Below, piece by piece: positions 1 through 8,314 of a stretch of 59,084 nt of DNA. Every line of letters begins with the position of its first letter. The first letter of the stretch is position 1. A program made the position numbers and the translations under genes. The stretch is from the IMG/VR virus record IMGVR_UViG_3300047552_000148, positions 1-59,084 of that record. One strand, written 5' to 3'. The notes under the pieces were generated by a model that saw only the letters and a list, made by a program, of their open reading frames with translations, made no database searches and had not been told where the DNA came from. The stretch is from a virus. Its lineage: Duplodnaviria > Caudoviricetes.

Positions 1-9
1 TAGCTTTGC

Positions 10-99
10 TCATAGCATCCTCCCAGCAATCACGCCCATTGCGTACCCAATTGCAAACACAGTGACTGGGTGTGCCAGTGCGTCAATGAGTTTCTTCAT
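10..99 (-). CDS. 29-aa hydrophobic peptide, allele A ([29 protein letters not shown])
   Basis: Translated by hand; GGAG upstream of the ATG; stop overlaps the next ATG (ATGA). Confidence 0.6.
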   Translation of the reverse strand: MKKLIDALAHPVTVFAIGYAMGVIAGRML

Positions 100-187
100 T
101 GTCAATCTCCATAAAGTCTACACTCTCACTGTAATAGCCATTACTTGTACCATACCAACGAACATCAACATATCCCTTAGCTGTAGC
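61..187 (+). repeat. Direct terminal repeat, copy 1 (127 nt)
   Basis: Identical to 58958-59084 by direct comparison. Confidence 0.97.
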
Positions 188-493
188 AAACTTATAGAAT
201 GTCCATGTGAAGCTGTCTTGATATTCAGGAACAACTACACCGTCTGGATTCACTTGCGTGTGGACAACTTCTTCAGCCAACAAAATTGGAGAGCCCACTA
301 GGTCGTCTAAGTCTCCAACAATGTCTTCAATGTAGACATCCTCGCAGCATTCTTGGCAGTGTGTCAGTACATACTGTTTACCGTTGTCTAGTGTGAACAG
401 CAAGTCTTGGTCTTTAATGACCTCTACAGCTTTCAATGTAGTGCCAAGCAGCATGGATAGTTTAGCTTCGTTGTTAAATATATATTTCATCAT
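83..493 (-). CDS. Conserved phage hypothetical protein (HxQxCCE...SNGYYSE family)
   Basis: 136-aa ORF; AGGAG RBS; motifs QECCEDV and [10 protein letters not shown] are typical of a widespread phage family. Confidence 0.8.
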   Translation of the reverse strand: MMKYIFNNEAKLSMLLGTTLKAVEVIKDQDLLFTLDNGKQYVLTHCQECCEDVYIEDIVGDLDDLVGSPILLAEEVVHTQVNPDGVVVPEYQDSFTWTFYKFATAKGYVDVRWYGTSNGYYSESVDFMEIDNEETH

Positions 494-499
494 AGCTCC

Positions 500-637
500 T
501 TAGCTTAACCACCAAAACAAAGACACTATCGCCGCCACCATTGCAACAATGCCTACAACAAAGAATATTGCCGCCATATCAGCAACCCAATCATCATCCG
601 CTACACCATAATTGTAGCCACCGTTATCGTTAAACAT
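500..637 (-). CDS. Small membrane protein (45 aa)
   Basis: Hand-translated MFNDNGG...AAIFFVVGIVAMVAAIVSLFWWLS; fills the gap between neighbours. Confidence 0.6.
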   Translation of the reverse strand: MFNDNGGYNYGVADDDWVADMAAIFFVVGIVAMVAAIVSLFWWLS

Positions 638-1494
638 TACGCAATCTCCGTGATGTATTCTGCAACGTCCCACAGTTGCTGATTAATTTCAATGGCTTTC
701 TTGACGCTGTTGATTGGCCGTGCCTTGCGCATTACGCCCTGCGGATGGGTCGCAGACACACTCCGCACCATGGCGTTACCTCTAATAACAGCTTCCTGCA
801 CACGCTGCAACACCTTCCACGCATCATATCCTTCGTCTTCTTTACGGGTAGGCAGCAATGCGTCTTTGGTAGTCTGTGCCACAGCGTAGCAGCCTGTCTT
901 TGCTACGTCTGGATTGTAAGAGTCCCAACGTGTTAGCACACCATTAGCAGCCAAAGAAAAGGCTTGGTCGTGTGTTAATGTTGTAGAACGCATACGCTCA
1001 ATCTTCTCCATCATCTTAGGCAGGTTGGCTACGGTGCTGCGCAGCATTTCTTCAAAGCCATAAATAGCAGAGCGATTGTGATAAACGACGGATGAGAAGC
1101 CATCACCAGCAATGATGCCGTTGGAGCAGATAAAGCGAAAGGCTCCAGCGTGCAGCTTCACAGCACCAGTGCCATCGTGGCTGTTGTACAACACAATTTC
1201 GCTGCGAAACTCTTTAGCATCAGCATCACAAATGTCAGAGCGATGGCTGAATGCAACTAGATGATGTGCATGCTCAGCACCTTCAGCCTTGCGGCTACGC
1301 TTCTGTGCTGCCTGCGTAGGGAAGTAGCCATAGTCTGCCATAACAGGCAACAAATCGGCTGTATGCAGAGCCACATAGCGGTCAGTCAAGTGGCCTGCTT
1401 TGCTATGTGCGAACACGGCAGGAGCGCGTGTTTGAATGTCAGCGTTGGAGAGAATGCCGTTGTTGGCTGCGCGGGAGAAGATTAGATGTGCCAT
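637..1494 (-). CDS. DUF932/DUF945 family protein
   Basis: NSHDGTGA...AGAFRFICSNG signature; AAGGA RBS. Confidence 0.85.
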   Translation of the reverse strand: MAHLIFSRAANNGILSNADIQTRAPAVFAHSKAGHLTDRYVALHTADLLPVMADYGYFPTQAAQKRSRKAEGAEHAHHLVAFSHRSDICDADAKEFRSEIVLYNSHDGTGAVKLHAGAFRFICSNGIIAGDGFSSVVYHNRSAIYGFEEMLRSTVANLPKMMEKIERMRSTTLTHDQAFSLAANGVLTRWDSYNPDVAKTGCYAVAQTTKDALLPTRKEDEGYDAWKVLQRVQEAVIRGNAMVRSVSATHPQGVMRKARPINSVKKAIEINQQLWDVAEYITEIA

Positions 1495-1530
1495 TTTGTT
1501 TTCCTTTAGGAAGTTGTTGAAGAGGTGTGT

Positions 1531-1559
1531 AGATTAACTGTTTTATTCTGCTTAGTCAA
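1531..1559 (-). promoter_or_regulatory. Putative sigma70 promoter TTGACT-17-TAATCT
   Basis: Intergenic, upstream of the DUF932 gene, 17-nt spacer. Confidence 0.55.
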
Positions 1560-1560
1560 A

Positions 1561-1791
1561 TTATTTCTTTGATTGTTGTGTCTTAGCAACAAGAGGGTTC
1601 ACCCATGTGAATGCTGCTAAGTGGACAACATCACCGAACATGTTGAAACAAAGGCTGTACATGCCATCTATGTGCGAAAAAAAGAACACCTCTTTGGATG
1701 GTGTTGCTTGGATGTAGCTTTTGTTTGGCACTTTGTAGAGAGGTATAGTGTCTTGGATGTCGAAGTCTGCAATGTCAATAGCCTGTAGCAT
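1561..1791 (-). CDS. Hypothetical protein
   Basis: 76-aa ORF with AGGAG RBS. Confidence 0.7.
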   Translation of the reverse strand: MLQAIDIADFDIQDTIPLYKVPNKSYIQATPSKEVFFFSHIDGMYSLCFNMFGDVVHLAAFTWVNPLVAKTQQSKK

Positions 1792-2238
1792 TTATAGCTC
1801 CTTATAAAAACGATGGTTAGAAATTGTCAAAGTTTGCTTCATCTTTTTAGCCCACACCGGACGACTCTTTCTATGATGATAGTGTGTAGCACCACCAGTG
1901 ATATCGTCAGCGCTCACAGCCAGTGCCACGGTGGAGAATAGCTGTTCTGTGTCTTCAGTCAATGGCTTAGCTTTGTCTTTGATGGTCCAGCTAAATTGCC
2001 GTGGCTTATAAACAACAGAACAAACATCTTCGCCAGACTTAGCAGCCCTGTTCAGCGTTACATGCACCACTGCTGTGACACCTGCTGCGCCTTCGCCTCT
2101 GGCTTCGTGGTAGGCGTTAGCAAGTAGGCACTGTAGCTGCTGTAGCGAGGATGTAGAAGGCACTGCTTCGACTGTCTCAGGCTGTTGATGCGTCAGCGCT
2201 GCCAGTAAAGCCAGTGCCACAACGGAGCGCTTAAGCAT
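1792..2238 (-). CDS. SleB-like cell wall hydrolase (Hydrolase_2); start revised to ATG 2238
   Basis: CLLANAYHEARGE, V.LNR, QFSW, TGGATHYH, HRFY motifs; N-terminal hydrophobic segment. Confidence 0.9.
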   Translation of the reverse strand: MLKRSVVALALLAALTHQQPETVEAVPSTSSLQQLQCLLANAYHEARGEGAAGVTAVVHVTLNRAAKSGEDVCSVVYKPRQFSWTIKDKAKPLTEDTEQLFSTVALAVSADDITGGATHYHHRKSRPVWAKKMKQTLTISNHRFYKEL

Positions 2239-2518
2239 TAACAGGCTTACCTGTAACGTACACACGCTCACCATTGCAAGCCAGTGCCACAATGGAATTG
2301 ACATTAATCGAGCGATAGCCTTTAGCGTTTACATCGTAGGCAATGATGTATTGATCACGATTGACGGTACAGAGCCCACCCTTGAGCGCTTTAGTAACAC
2401 CAGTGCGACCAACTAGTTTGCGAAGGCTTCCGTCTTTTTTGATGAAGCTAACAGAAAAGAAACGTCCGTTGCTGTTGGCAATGGCGGTGGAAATAATGCT
2501 GCTAAGAGATGTTGACAT
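2231..2518 (-). CDS. SH3/WYL_2-like small protein
   Basis: FFSVSFIKKDGSLR...YDV...GYRSIN pattern; GGAG RBS. Confidence 0.7.
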   Translation of the reverse strand: MSTSLSSIISTAIANSNGRFFSVSFIKKDGSLRKLVGRTGVTKALKGGLCTVNRDQYIIAYDVNAKGYRSINVNSIVALACNGERVYVTGKPVNA

Positions 2519-2613
2519 AAAAACTCCGTTGGTTGTTTAGCTTGATAGACTACTCTGCCCTATGCAAAACAGTCTAGCAAGCCCTGTGAAGGGCCTGTGC
2601 CACAAAGGGCTAG

Positions 2614-2895
2614 TTATAGGGGCGTTGTTGGCTTGAAGCTCTCATACGTACGTATGCGGCTTGGTTTGTTGGTGTGCTTATTAACCCATTTGATGCTGGT
2701 GCCCCAGCAATGTAACTCGGTGACTAATAAGTGCAAATCCTCATCCTCTTCTAAATAAACATAATCACCTCGTTGATATGAATACTCAGATATTAGATTT
2801 TCAATGTTGAGATTCTGCAACACTGACCGCTTAACCTTACCCCATGCGTGAGATGGGTCAATGTACAGGATGATGGTGAAGTGCTTATTATTCAT
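2614..2895 (-). CDS. Conserved phage hypothetical protein (DPxHxW...YLEED)
   Basis: 93-aa ORF with the DPSHAW and VYLEEDED motifs. Confidence 0.7.
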   Translation of the reverse strand: MNNKHFTIILYIDPSHAWGKVKRSVLQNLNIENLISEYSYQRGDYVYLEEDEDLHLLVTELHCWGTSIKWVNKHTNKPSRIRTYESFKPTTPL

Positions 2896-2900
2896 TTCAA

Positions 2901-3101
2901 TTAACCTTTAGCATAAGCATTAAACAAACTATCAAATTCAGCCTTATATCCAAGCTGTGCCAACTTACGACCCAGTGCCACAATGCTATCTCGCTGGTCT
3001 TGGCCTTTCCTGTAATAGCGGCTATCATCACTACGTTGATAATACCAGTCGTGGCCTTTAAGTTGGCGCTCTAGTTCGATTAATAGTTCGGTGTGAGACA
3101 T
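2901..3101 (-). CDS. Hypothetical protein (HDWYY..SDD)
   Basis: 66-aa ORF, AAGGA RBS. Confidence 0.7.
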   Translation of the reverse strand: MSHTELLIELERQLKGHDWYYQRSDDSRYYRKGQDQRDSIVALGRKLAQLGYKAEFDSLFNAYAKG

Positions 3102-3114
3102 AAAATATCCTTAT

Positions 3115-3351
3115 TTAAAATGGTGCGTCTTCAATTGGAGCGGGGTGCAGTGGCGGTGGTGTATTATCTCGTTTAGTCTGTGCCACAGCGGGGAAAGGCC
3201 AGTTATTCAACACATCAACCTGCTTCTGTGCGTCTGCTTTGTTGATAAAGTCACTTGCGCCAGTGCCACTTACCCACACAATGCGAGTTTCATAATAGCC
3301 TTTTACAATGAAATAGCGACCAGTGGCTTCGCTTTGTATAATGTGCCACAT
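3115..3351 (-). CDS. Hypothetical protein
   Basis: 78-aa ORF in the minus-strand early operon. Confidence 0.65.
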   Translation of the reverse strand: MWHIIQSEATGRYFIVKGYYETRIVWVSGTGASDFINKADAQKQVDVLNNWPFPAVAQTKRDNTPPPLHPAPIEDAPF

Positions 3352-3357
3352 AATATA

Positions 3358-3510
3358 TCAAACCTTATGAAGTTGTGAAACCAGTGCCACAGCGTATTTA
3401 CGGGCAGCATTGTCGCCTAAGCCACGGCGTTTTGCGCGTTTATATTCGGAGAACACTGCCCATGCATATCCGTGGGTTTCGATGTTGCTTAGAATTCGGA
3501 ATGTGACCAT
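3358..3510 (-). CDS. Small hypothetical protein (50 aa, MVTFRIL...)
   Basis: Hand-translated; strong AAGGAG RBS. Confidence 0.6.
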   Translation of the reverse strand: MVTFRILSNIETHGYAWAVFSEYKRAKRRGLGDNAARKYAVALVSQLHKV

Positions 3511-3603
3511 TTTGTTTTCTCCTTAGAAAAGTTAGCTAAACTGAATAGACTTTGATTAAATCTATTCGGGTTAGCCAGTGCCACTAAGGGCACTAGCATG
3601 GGT

Positions 3604-4467
3604 TTAATGCATAGCAATGGCGATAGTGACGCCCTTAAGGCTTTGCAGTCCGCAGGCGTGACCTTTACCAGTGCAAGTGCCACATTTACCGGGGCAAGGA
3701 AACACTTTACATGTAACATTGTCGCGGATAGCCTTAGCATTAGCTACAGTGCCGTGTTCGGACGATTTTACTTTATGCCCTACATTGACAGCGATAAACT
3801 CGCCACGAGTGATAGGCAAAGCTTTAATGCGTTCTACTGTAGCATTTTCGCTATTGTGTCCGCCTGATATGTTCAAGACGTAATTAGGCGCAAGGGTATT
3901 ATTGGCAACACTGTTAGAATGCAGTATTTGCTTGAAGCTTTTAGAATACCCATAAGCTTTAATATCTGACCTAAATTGCAACAATTGATTCCAGAAATCA
4001 AAAGTGTCAGAGCTATCAAAGTCACCATCAACATAAAGACGCAAAGTAACATTTTCGGGCAGTGCCAAGAAAGCTTGCGACAATGCAATGCTATTAAAGC
4101 GCTGCAAATACGTGTTCTGCACTTGCCGGGCGAATGCGTCAGGATAGCACCATGCTGTAAAACTGTAGCAATAGAGCAAGCATTCACCAGCACCGGGGCA
4201 TGTAACGGCGGGTAGTACGCTATAGGAATAGAACGGAAGCTTGCTATTGCCCTTTGCAAAGATTTTGTATAAGGGCTTTTTAGTTGCAAATATATTTGCA
4301 AGCTTGGCGAAGCTTCGCCGCCATGCCACACCATTAAATGCTGGGTCACATTGTAGAGATAGCAATGCTTTAGATATTTCATTGTCGCCACATGTTGCAA
4401 CAATTACGGCGAAGTCTTGAAGCTTGGCAAATTTGATAGCTGTGGGCGCGAAGTTTTTAGTTTGCAT
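3604..4467 (-). CDS. Gp88-like protein (mycobacteriophage gp88 family, Cys-rich, radical-SAM-like)
   Basis: GNSKLP, TCPGAGECLLYCY, RLYVDGDF and a C-terminal CPGKCGTC; AAGGA RBS. Confidence 0.7.
   Translation of the reverse strand: MQTKNFAPTAIKFAKLQDFAVIVATCGDNEISKALLSLQCDPAFNGVAWRRSFAKLANIFATKKPLYKIFAKGNSKLPFYSYSVLPAVTCPGAGECLLYCYSFTAWCYPDAFARQVQNTYLQRFNSIALSQAFLALPENVTLRLYVDGDFDSSDTFDFWNQLLQFRSDIKAYGYSKSFKQILHSNSVANNTLAPNYVLNISGGHNSENATVERIKALPITRGEFIAVNVGHKVKSSEHGTVANAKAIRDNVTCKVFPCPGKCGTCTGKGHACGLQSLKGVTIAIAMH
4284..4319. repeat. Two adjacent perfect palindromes (TTGCAAATATATTTGCAA; GGCGAAGCTTCGCC)
   Basis: 4284-4301 (18 bp) and 4306-4319 (14 bp), read directly. Confidence 0.9.
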
Positions 4468-4469
4468 TT

Positions 4470-6075
4470 TGTTTTCCTTTGGAAATCTGCATCACGTTGT
4501 GTGCTGCATTGGGTTGAATTATGCACAATGTTTGCGACAATGCAAGACGTAAACGCGACCTATTCTTGCATATCTGCGACATGTTGCATAAATACAACAA
4601 GTGATGTTGCTTCGCTGTTGCTGGGTTGTCTATATAGCGACTCGGCGATGTAGGCGTTGTGTTTTGTTGTGGTGTATGGCTTGCAAGGCTTCTAAGCAAT
4701 GGGGAGTGGATTAGGTTGCAACATTGTCTTATATGCTTTTTGATATATTGAATATGATCTGTATAGTCTAAAGTGTATACCGCCTAGTCTTTTCTTGACC
4801 AAATGGTCAGGATTTATACAGGGCGTTTCAACATCCTATAAATATCAACTGTTTTTGAATCAGTTTTCTAGATTGTCGTAAGTGCTTGATTTTGCTAGTC
4901 TTTTTTGCTTTGCTAGTAAATCATACGCCTAGTATCTGATCTCACTTTACCCTGAATCAACCCCTTATCTGCCCTATATAGTGACATCGCGCCATCACTG
5001 GGGGCAGGTATGGGCCACCCCCCGGTAGCGCGTACGTTGTACATGGTGAAGCACACAGATCAGGAAAATGAAGTTGTTAACCACATCGTCAAATCTGCCT
5101 CTTTTTTAAGCAGATGTGTACGACCACACAGCGTTCCAGCAAGTGTGAGCGTTAACAATGCTGCACTGCGACATTTAAGTCTTTGTTGCAAATCTACAAC
5201 AGCATAGCTAACCCACCCATCTTCGCCTATACTGCGATGTTGATCTACAAAGCTATGCAGCCGTGATGTCCAATGTCACACCTGCTTTGTTCCCATCAGA
5301 GCAAATCTAAGCTGTTCCTTTAGCTTTGTAAGCGTTTCTGTTCTCATAAGAGCAAATATCTGCTATCTCATTTGTTGTAAAACGTCAACAACTTTGTTGT
5401 AGCGAAACAACAACATAGGGTTTTTATATTTGACAAAATCACTTTTTTATGCTATACTTTAGTCTATATAGACGATGTAGACAAAGAAGTCTTCAACGTA
5501 ACAGGTAAGCTCTGTTACGCTAAGTTGTCTCTAAGCAGCCCTAGACCGGCTCCAACTTAGATTAAACAATAAGTTTAATAAATAGATAACTAAGTTGCTA
5601 ACGATGAACTAATTAGCTATATAGCTACCAAGCAATCTAAGTTGCTAAGAAGTATGTGGTAGTCTATATAGCCTACTTAGACATTAACAGATGTTGATGA
5701 AATATACAGAGAATATTTTGTTGTTATCTAAGTTGTTTCTAAGTAGTCTAATTAGCTATATAGTTCTATATTGAAAACAATGCGCATAAAAGATAAGACG
5801 TATTGAGCGATATAGACCTATATAGTGGAACGATTTAAACATTAACAGAAATAGCTATTGATTGTTTACTAAGAAGATAGCTTCTTTTGTTTCCTAAATT
5901 GAAACCTAAATGGTTTCTCTTTTGTTTATCTAAGTAGAAACTAAGTTGTTCAAACAATTGATATTGCTGTACAATTGGTGTACACTATCTGTACAGTCTA
6001 TATAGATCTTTCAAACATGCACATCATTTACCCGTTGTTGTTTCTCAACATCTTCTTTTCCTTCTTCTTTGTCTA
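4470..6075. other. Large, mostly non-coding divergent control region (candidate origin or packaging terminus)
   Basis: Strand switch; AT-rich; 8x CTATATAG, 5x TAAGTTG, G5/C6 box. Confidence 0.7.
5430..5458 (+). promoter_or_regulatory. Consensus-like sigma70 promoter TTGACA-17-TATACT with extended -10 TG
   Basis: TTGACA 5430-5435 and TATACT 5453-5458, facing the structural arm. Confidence 0.75.
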
Positions 6076-6336
6076 ATGAGCAAACGTAAGAGCTTCCCAC
6101 CATTGCTCTCAACAAGAGACGAAGTAGCTTCTTACGGCTTAGTTAATGTATGGCCTTACAACATCAACATAGAAGCCTATGTTGCTCTTCACAACGATAA
6201 GCTGGATAAGCTGCCTCACATTCCTCACAGCGCCGTCTTCTATGTTAGGAACTTGCTTGAGGCAGAGACGGGCTATTACTTCCCGCTAGACATGGTGGAG
6301 GCTGCTATGGTGGCTGAGGGATGGAGAGGGCGCTAG
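6076..6336 (+). CDS. Conserved phage hypothetical protein
   Basis: 86-aa ORF (IPHSAVFYVR), first gene of the + arm. Confidence 0.6.
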   Translation: MSKRKSFPPLLSTRDEVASYGLVNVWPYNINIEAYVALHNDKLDKLPHIPHSAVFYVRNLLEAETGYYFPLDMVEAAMVAEGWRGR

Positions 6337-6518
6337 CGGCAATGTCGTAAGGCTGCAAGTAGCTTGCTACGACATCGACATTAACAGACATTGATTCACC
6401 ACCATCTCTCCCATAGTCCGCAAACTAAGGAATGTGTTGTTTGTTTGTTCTTTTCGTTTATAACATTGAAGACTATTCGTAACATTGACGTTGTTACATT
6501 TTTACTAAGGACATTTAT

Positions 6519-6884
6519 ATGGCTACCTCTGCTGAGAAAGTATCGAAATATCGTGAGCTTGCTAAAGACAAGTCTCTTCCGCAAGCTGTGCGTGATCAAT
6601 ACGACACTAAAGCCACAGCGCTGGAGCAGAAGGCTTATGAAGAAACTAAGGCAGGTAAGAGTGTTAGCAATGTTCCTGAAGGAATGAAACGTGAAGGCTT
6701 TGCTAAGGGTGGTGTTGTCGCAAAGGCTCCGGTTGGTCTAAATAAGAAGGCTACGCCTGCTGCTTCTAAGACACCGGCAGTTAAGACTAATGTAGCTGTG
6801 TCCAAAGTGTCTGCTCCCAAAGTTGCTCCTAAGAAGGTGATGTTGGCTAAGGGTGGCAGTGTTGCTAAGAAGGGGTGCAAATAA
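6519..6884 (+). CDS. Basic Lys/Ala-rich protein with two AKGG motifs
   Basis: 121-aa ORF, AAGGA RBS. Confidence 0.8.
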   Translation: MATSAEKVSKYRELAKDKSLPQAVRDQYDTKATALEQKAYEETKAGKSVSNVPEGMKREGFAKGGVVAKAPVGLNKKATPAASKTPAVKTNVAVSKVSAPKVAPKKVMLAKGGSVAKKGCK

Positions 6885-7591
6885 TGGCTACACGCAATGT
6901 TCGTCAAGGTCCAGTGTTTGGTGATGACCGTCCTGTTCAACGTAATAAAGAAACAACCAATCCAGACAAACCCAATCGTTCTCCCGGTGAAAGCAATGCT
7001 GCTCGGCGCATGCCTTCTGTTCGTGAAGACTTTGTTAAGTCTGCAAGCAAAGACATAGAACGTGTTGGTAAAGGACTAGAGCCAACAGGTAAGTCTGCTC
7101 TAACCCGCTCTGCACAACAGAACGCTGCTGGTCGTGCCATTTTGCGTACGGCTGGTCGTGTTGGTTATGGCGCTGCTGCGCTTGAAGTTGGTTATGCGGC
7201 TGGTCGAGAGATTGACAAGCACACAGGTGTTGGTAAAGAGATTGTTGAAGGCTCTGGTCTTGGTAAAGTAGTAGACCGTGCTGTGAATATGCGGGATAAG
7301 GTGGAGCTTACTAAGGAGGCTAAAGATCGCTTGGCTAAGAAGGACGAGCCTGAACAAGCCAGCTACAGCAATGAAGGTCGCCGTGTACGTGAACCTGCTG
7401 TAGAGAAGAAGGAAGAGACTAAGGCTGCTCCTAAGAAGGCTCCTTCAATGAAAGAAGAAGGCGTACGCGAAGGCTCCAACAAGAACATTGATGATGAAAC
7501 TCGTCAACGTGCTATGAAGGCTGCCGAGTTTGCTAAGGGTGGCTATGTTGGCGCTGCACATAATGTGTTTGCTAACAAGTTTAAGAAATAG
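6884..7591 (+). CDS. Hypothetical protein with a C-terminal FAKGG motif
   Basis: TAATG overlap with the previous stop gives start 6884. Confidence 0.8.
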   Translation: MATRNVRQGPVFGDDRPVQRNKETTNPDKPNRSPGESNAARRMPSVREDFVKSASKDIERVGKGLEPTGKSALTRSAQQNAAGRAILRTAGRVGYGAAALEVGYAAGREIDKHTGVGKEIVEGSGLGKVVDRAVNMRDKVELTKEAKDRLAKKDEPEQASYSNEGRRVREPAVEKKEETKAAPKKAPSMKEEGVREGSNKNIDDETRQRAMKAAEFAKGGYVGAAHNVFANKFKK

Positions 7592-7593
7592 AA

Positions 7594-7947
7594 ATGCCCA
7601 ACGGCACAGCAAAACATCGCAGCGTAGGAACCAACCTAACAGCAGCGACTAGCAACACCATCTACACCTGTCCAGCCAATTACACATCCAAGGTTGAGTT
7701 GCTCCACGTTGTCAACAACACCAGTGGAGCTAAGAAGATTGATGTTGCTTGGTATGACGCTAGCGCTGGTGAGAGCTATCACATCACTGCTAGCTATTCC
7801 ATCAACAGCTATAGCTATTTCATGTTGGTGGACGGCTATCTTGTTATGAACGCTGGTGACTACATAACCTGTACACCAGAGGCAGGCGCAGACATGAGCG
7901 CCATTGTTTCTGCTGAAGAGAAATATGATCCAATGAGTAATAATTAA
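7594..7947 (+). CDS. Putative virion structural protein (beta-rich)
   Basis: TIYTCP...LHVVN...LVMNAGD pattern common in phage virion proteins. Confidence 0.6.
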   Translation: MPNGTAKHRSVGTNLTAATSNTIYTCPANYTSKVELLHVVNNTSGAKKIDVAWYDASAGESYHITASYSINSYSYFMLVDGYLVMNAGDYITCTPEAGADMSAIVSAEEKYDPMSNN

Positions 7948-7948
7948 T

Positions 7949-8311
7949 ATGGCAAAAGAACTAACAGAACAGCATCAGAAATTCTTGGAAGTGTTGTTTA
8001 ACGAAGCTGGTGGAAACATCACTCGTGCTAAGCAGCTTGCAGGGTTCAGCCCCGGCTACAGCACACGCTTGCTGACGAATTCACTCAAAGAAGAAATCAT
8101 TGAAGCTACCCAGCTATTCATTGCTATGAACGCTCCAAAGGCTGCTGTGGCTATGGTGAGTGGTATAGACGATCCTACTGAGTTGGGCATCAAAGAGAAG
8201 ATGAATGCTGCGAAGGACTTGCTGGATAGGGCTGGTCTGGTTAAGACAGATAAGGTGCAAGTGGAAGCAGTGAATGGTGTTATGATATTGCCTGCAAAGG
8301 AACAAAGCTAA
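7949..8311 (+). CDS. terS: Putative terminase small subunit
   Basis: LTEQHQKFL...A...AGFS HTH and AAKDLLDRAG; lies upstream of terL. Confidence 0.75.
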   Translation: MAKELTEQHQKFLEVLFNEAGGNITRAKQLAGFSPGYSTRLLTNSLKEEIIEATQLFIAMNAPKAAVAMVSGIDDPTELGIKEKMNAAKDLLDRAGLVKTDKVQVEAVNGVMILPAKEQS

Positions 8312-8314
8312 GCA

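Larger units (their letters stand above)
1920..3584 (+). repeat. Seven dispersed same-orientation CCAGTGCCAC decamers
   Basis: Copies start at 1920, 2211, 2281, 2972, 3260, 3381, 3575. Confidence 0.95.

Noticed and set aside
1-60. Diversity-generating retroelement TR/VR pair (1-60 versus 58898-58957)
   Set aside because: The mismatches are not adenine-specific on either strand and no reverse transcriptase is present.
61-187. Biological terminal repeat marking the genome end
   Set aside because: 127 nt equals a common assembler k-mer and the repeat falls mid-operon.
1920-3584. CRISPR array from the CCAGTGCCAC repeats
   Set aside because: The repeat is only 10 nt, spacing is irregular (70-690 nt), most copies are inside ORFs, and there are no cas genes.
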